From the NCBI GenBank assembly GCA_951406725.2, contig CATOCA020000065.1, positions 1-10,006 on the forward strand: a stretch of 10,006 nucleotides of DNA. The letters run 5' to 3'. Positions 9,038 to 10,006 of the stretch are shown in pieces (the first letter of the stretch is position 1; the number at the start of each line of letters is the position of its first letter). The notes under the pieces were generated by a model. The model was not told where the DNA came from. It worked only from the letters and a program-made list of their open reading frames with translations, and ran no database searches. The translations under genes and the position numbers were made by a program. Origin of the DNA: Octopus vulgaris. Taxonomy: Eukaryota.

Positions 9038-9142
9038 TTTCCTCTATTTACATAATATTGAGGTCTCTTTCTTTCTTTTGTTATCTTACTGTTTTTACCA
9101 ATATACATATATATATATATATATATATAAATATATATATAG

Positions 9143-9465
9143 TTACAGAGATGTACTTGCATAGCAAGTGACTTGATCTGAGATCGTGTGTTGGAACGAA
9201 AACAGTTGCAGCGTTGAAGGTGTTTATAAGCCATTTAAGAAACACACAAAAACCGTTAGATTCACTTCAACATTTAAATTTAATTTGTCAAAATATTTTC
9301 GTCGCTTTGAGACCGCGACCTGTTAGCACGATATTTTTGTCAGTGAACAGGTCGCGGTCTGAAAGCGACGAAAATACTTTTGGCAAATTAAATTTAAATG
9401 TTGAAGTGAATGTAACGGTTTTTGTGTGTTTCTTAAATGGCTTACAAACACCTTCCACGCTGCAA
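9143..9465. mobile_element. Fold-back insertion: inverted pair of truncated PLE-like termini with a one-sided 3' extension
   Basis: Arms 9206-9324 and 9346-9465 are reverse complements (5 substitutions and 1 indel counted) with a 21-nt spacer. The left arm extends ~63 bp further (9143-9205). TA repeats lie on both sides and the right arm carries an HHR-like fold. Confidence 0.7.
9336..9387 (+). ncRNA. Candidate variant type I hammerhead ribozyme (G3-C8 core swap, extra G after A9)
   Basis: UUUGUCA-GUGAACA-G-GUCGC GGUCUGAAA GCGAC-GAAA-A UAC U-UU^UGGCAAA. Helix I is 7 bp (perfect UGACAAA in the other arm), helix II is a perfect 5 bp, and helix III is minimal (palindromic AAUAUU in the other arm). 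Confidence 0.6.
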
Positions 9466-9483
9466 TATATATATACACACATA

Positions 9484-9514
<31 letters not shown>

Positions 9515-9550
9515 GTGTATATGTGTATGCATGTATGTGTGTGTGTGTGC
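9466..9550. repeat. TA/TATG/TG microsatellite
   Basis: Read directly from the sequence. Confidence 0.9.
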
Positions 9551-9767
9551 GTGTCTGTGCTTGTGATTGTCCTCCACCACTGCTTGACAACGAATGTTGG
9601 TTTGTTTACATCCCTGTCACCTAGTGGTTTGACAAAGGAAACAGATAGAATAAGTACAATGCTTACAAAAATAAAACTGGAGTTGATTCATTAAACTACA
9701 ATTCTTCAAGGCATTGCCCCAGCATGGCCACAGACCAATGGCTGGAAAAAGCAGAAGAATAAAAGTA
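9551..9767 (+). mobile_element. Diverged 3' part of an abundant octopus-type SINE
   Basis: The order of motifs gcttgacaac...tgtttacatcc...gatagaataagtac...ccagcatggcc...gaataaaag following a TG repeat resembles my recollection of a high-copy octopus SINE 3' region. No tRNA-like head is seen. Based on recall, not a search. Confidence 0.6.
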
Positions 9768-9834
9768 TACATTCTCTGCTTTGGTCTTATGTTCAAGGCA
9801 TGAGAAAGCTTGAGTTTACATGAGAAGGCCTAAC

Positions 9835-10006
9835 AGACCTGGTAGAAACAGCAGCCAAATTTCCCCCAAATCACACCTTACTGTCTTATCTATGTATATA
9901 TATATGTATGAGCCAATGAGGGGGACCTCTACATGGTAGCTAGACCTGGTAGAAATAGCAGCCAAATTTCCCCCAAATCACACCTTACTGTCTTATCTAT
10001 GTATAT
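9835..10006. repeat. Direct repeat of at least 65 bp with period 107 (9835-9899 and 9942-10006)
   Basis: agacctggtagaaa(c/t)agcagccaaatttcccccaaatcacaccttactgtcttatctatgtatat occurs twice with one mismatch; the second copy is cut by the window end. Confidence 0.92.

Noticed and set aside
9214-9624. ORFs on both strands with similar peptides (KVF.SHLRNTQKPL.SLQHLNLICQ)
   Set aside because: The similarity is just the consequence of the DNA palindrome; no coding evidence.

Overview
AT-rich, microsatellite-dense eukaryotic repeat DNA with no supportable host gene. Repeat style and recalled repeat families suggest an octopus or other coleoid cephalopod (inference). Positions 1-1677 hold the 3' part of an RTE-clade LINE ORF with two +1 frameshifts and a C4HC3 PHD-type zinc finger inserted inside the reverse transcriptase. 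The main signal is a set of type I hammerhead ribozyme (HHR) motifs with short palindromic helix III, as found in Penelope-like element (PLE) pseudo-LTRs: 4025-4106 (-), 4658-4750 (+), identical inverted copies at 4944-4994 (-) and 8499-8549 (+), a degenerate copy at 4446-4552 (-), and a non-canonical G3-C8 core variant at 9336-9387 (+). They lie in or beside direct (124 bp) and inverted (~300 bp and ~120 bp) repeats inserted in (TA)n tracts. One inverted pair brackets ~3 kb of almost pure microsatellite DNA. Also present are a 395-bp non-autonomous Helitron, a SINE 3' fragment and several tandem duplications. All ORFs other than the LINE ORF appear to be simple-repeat artefacts or non-coding.
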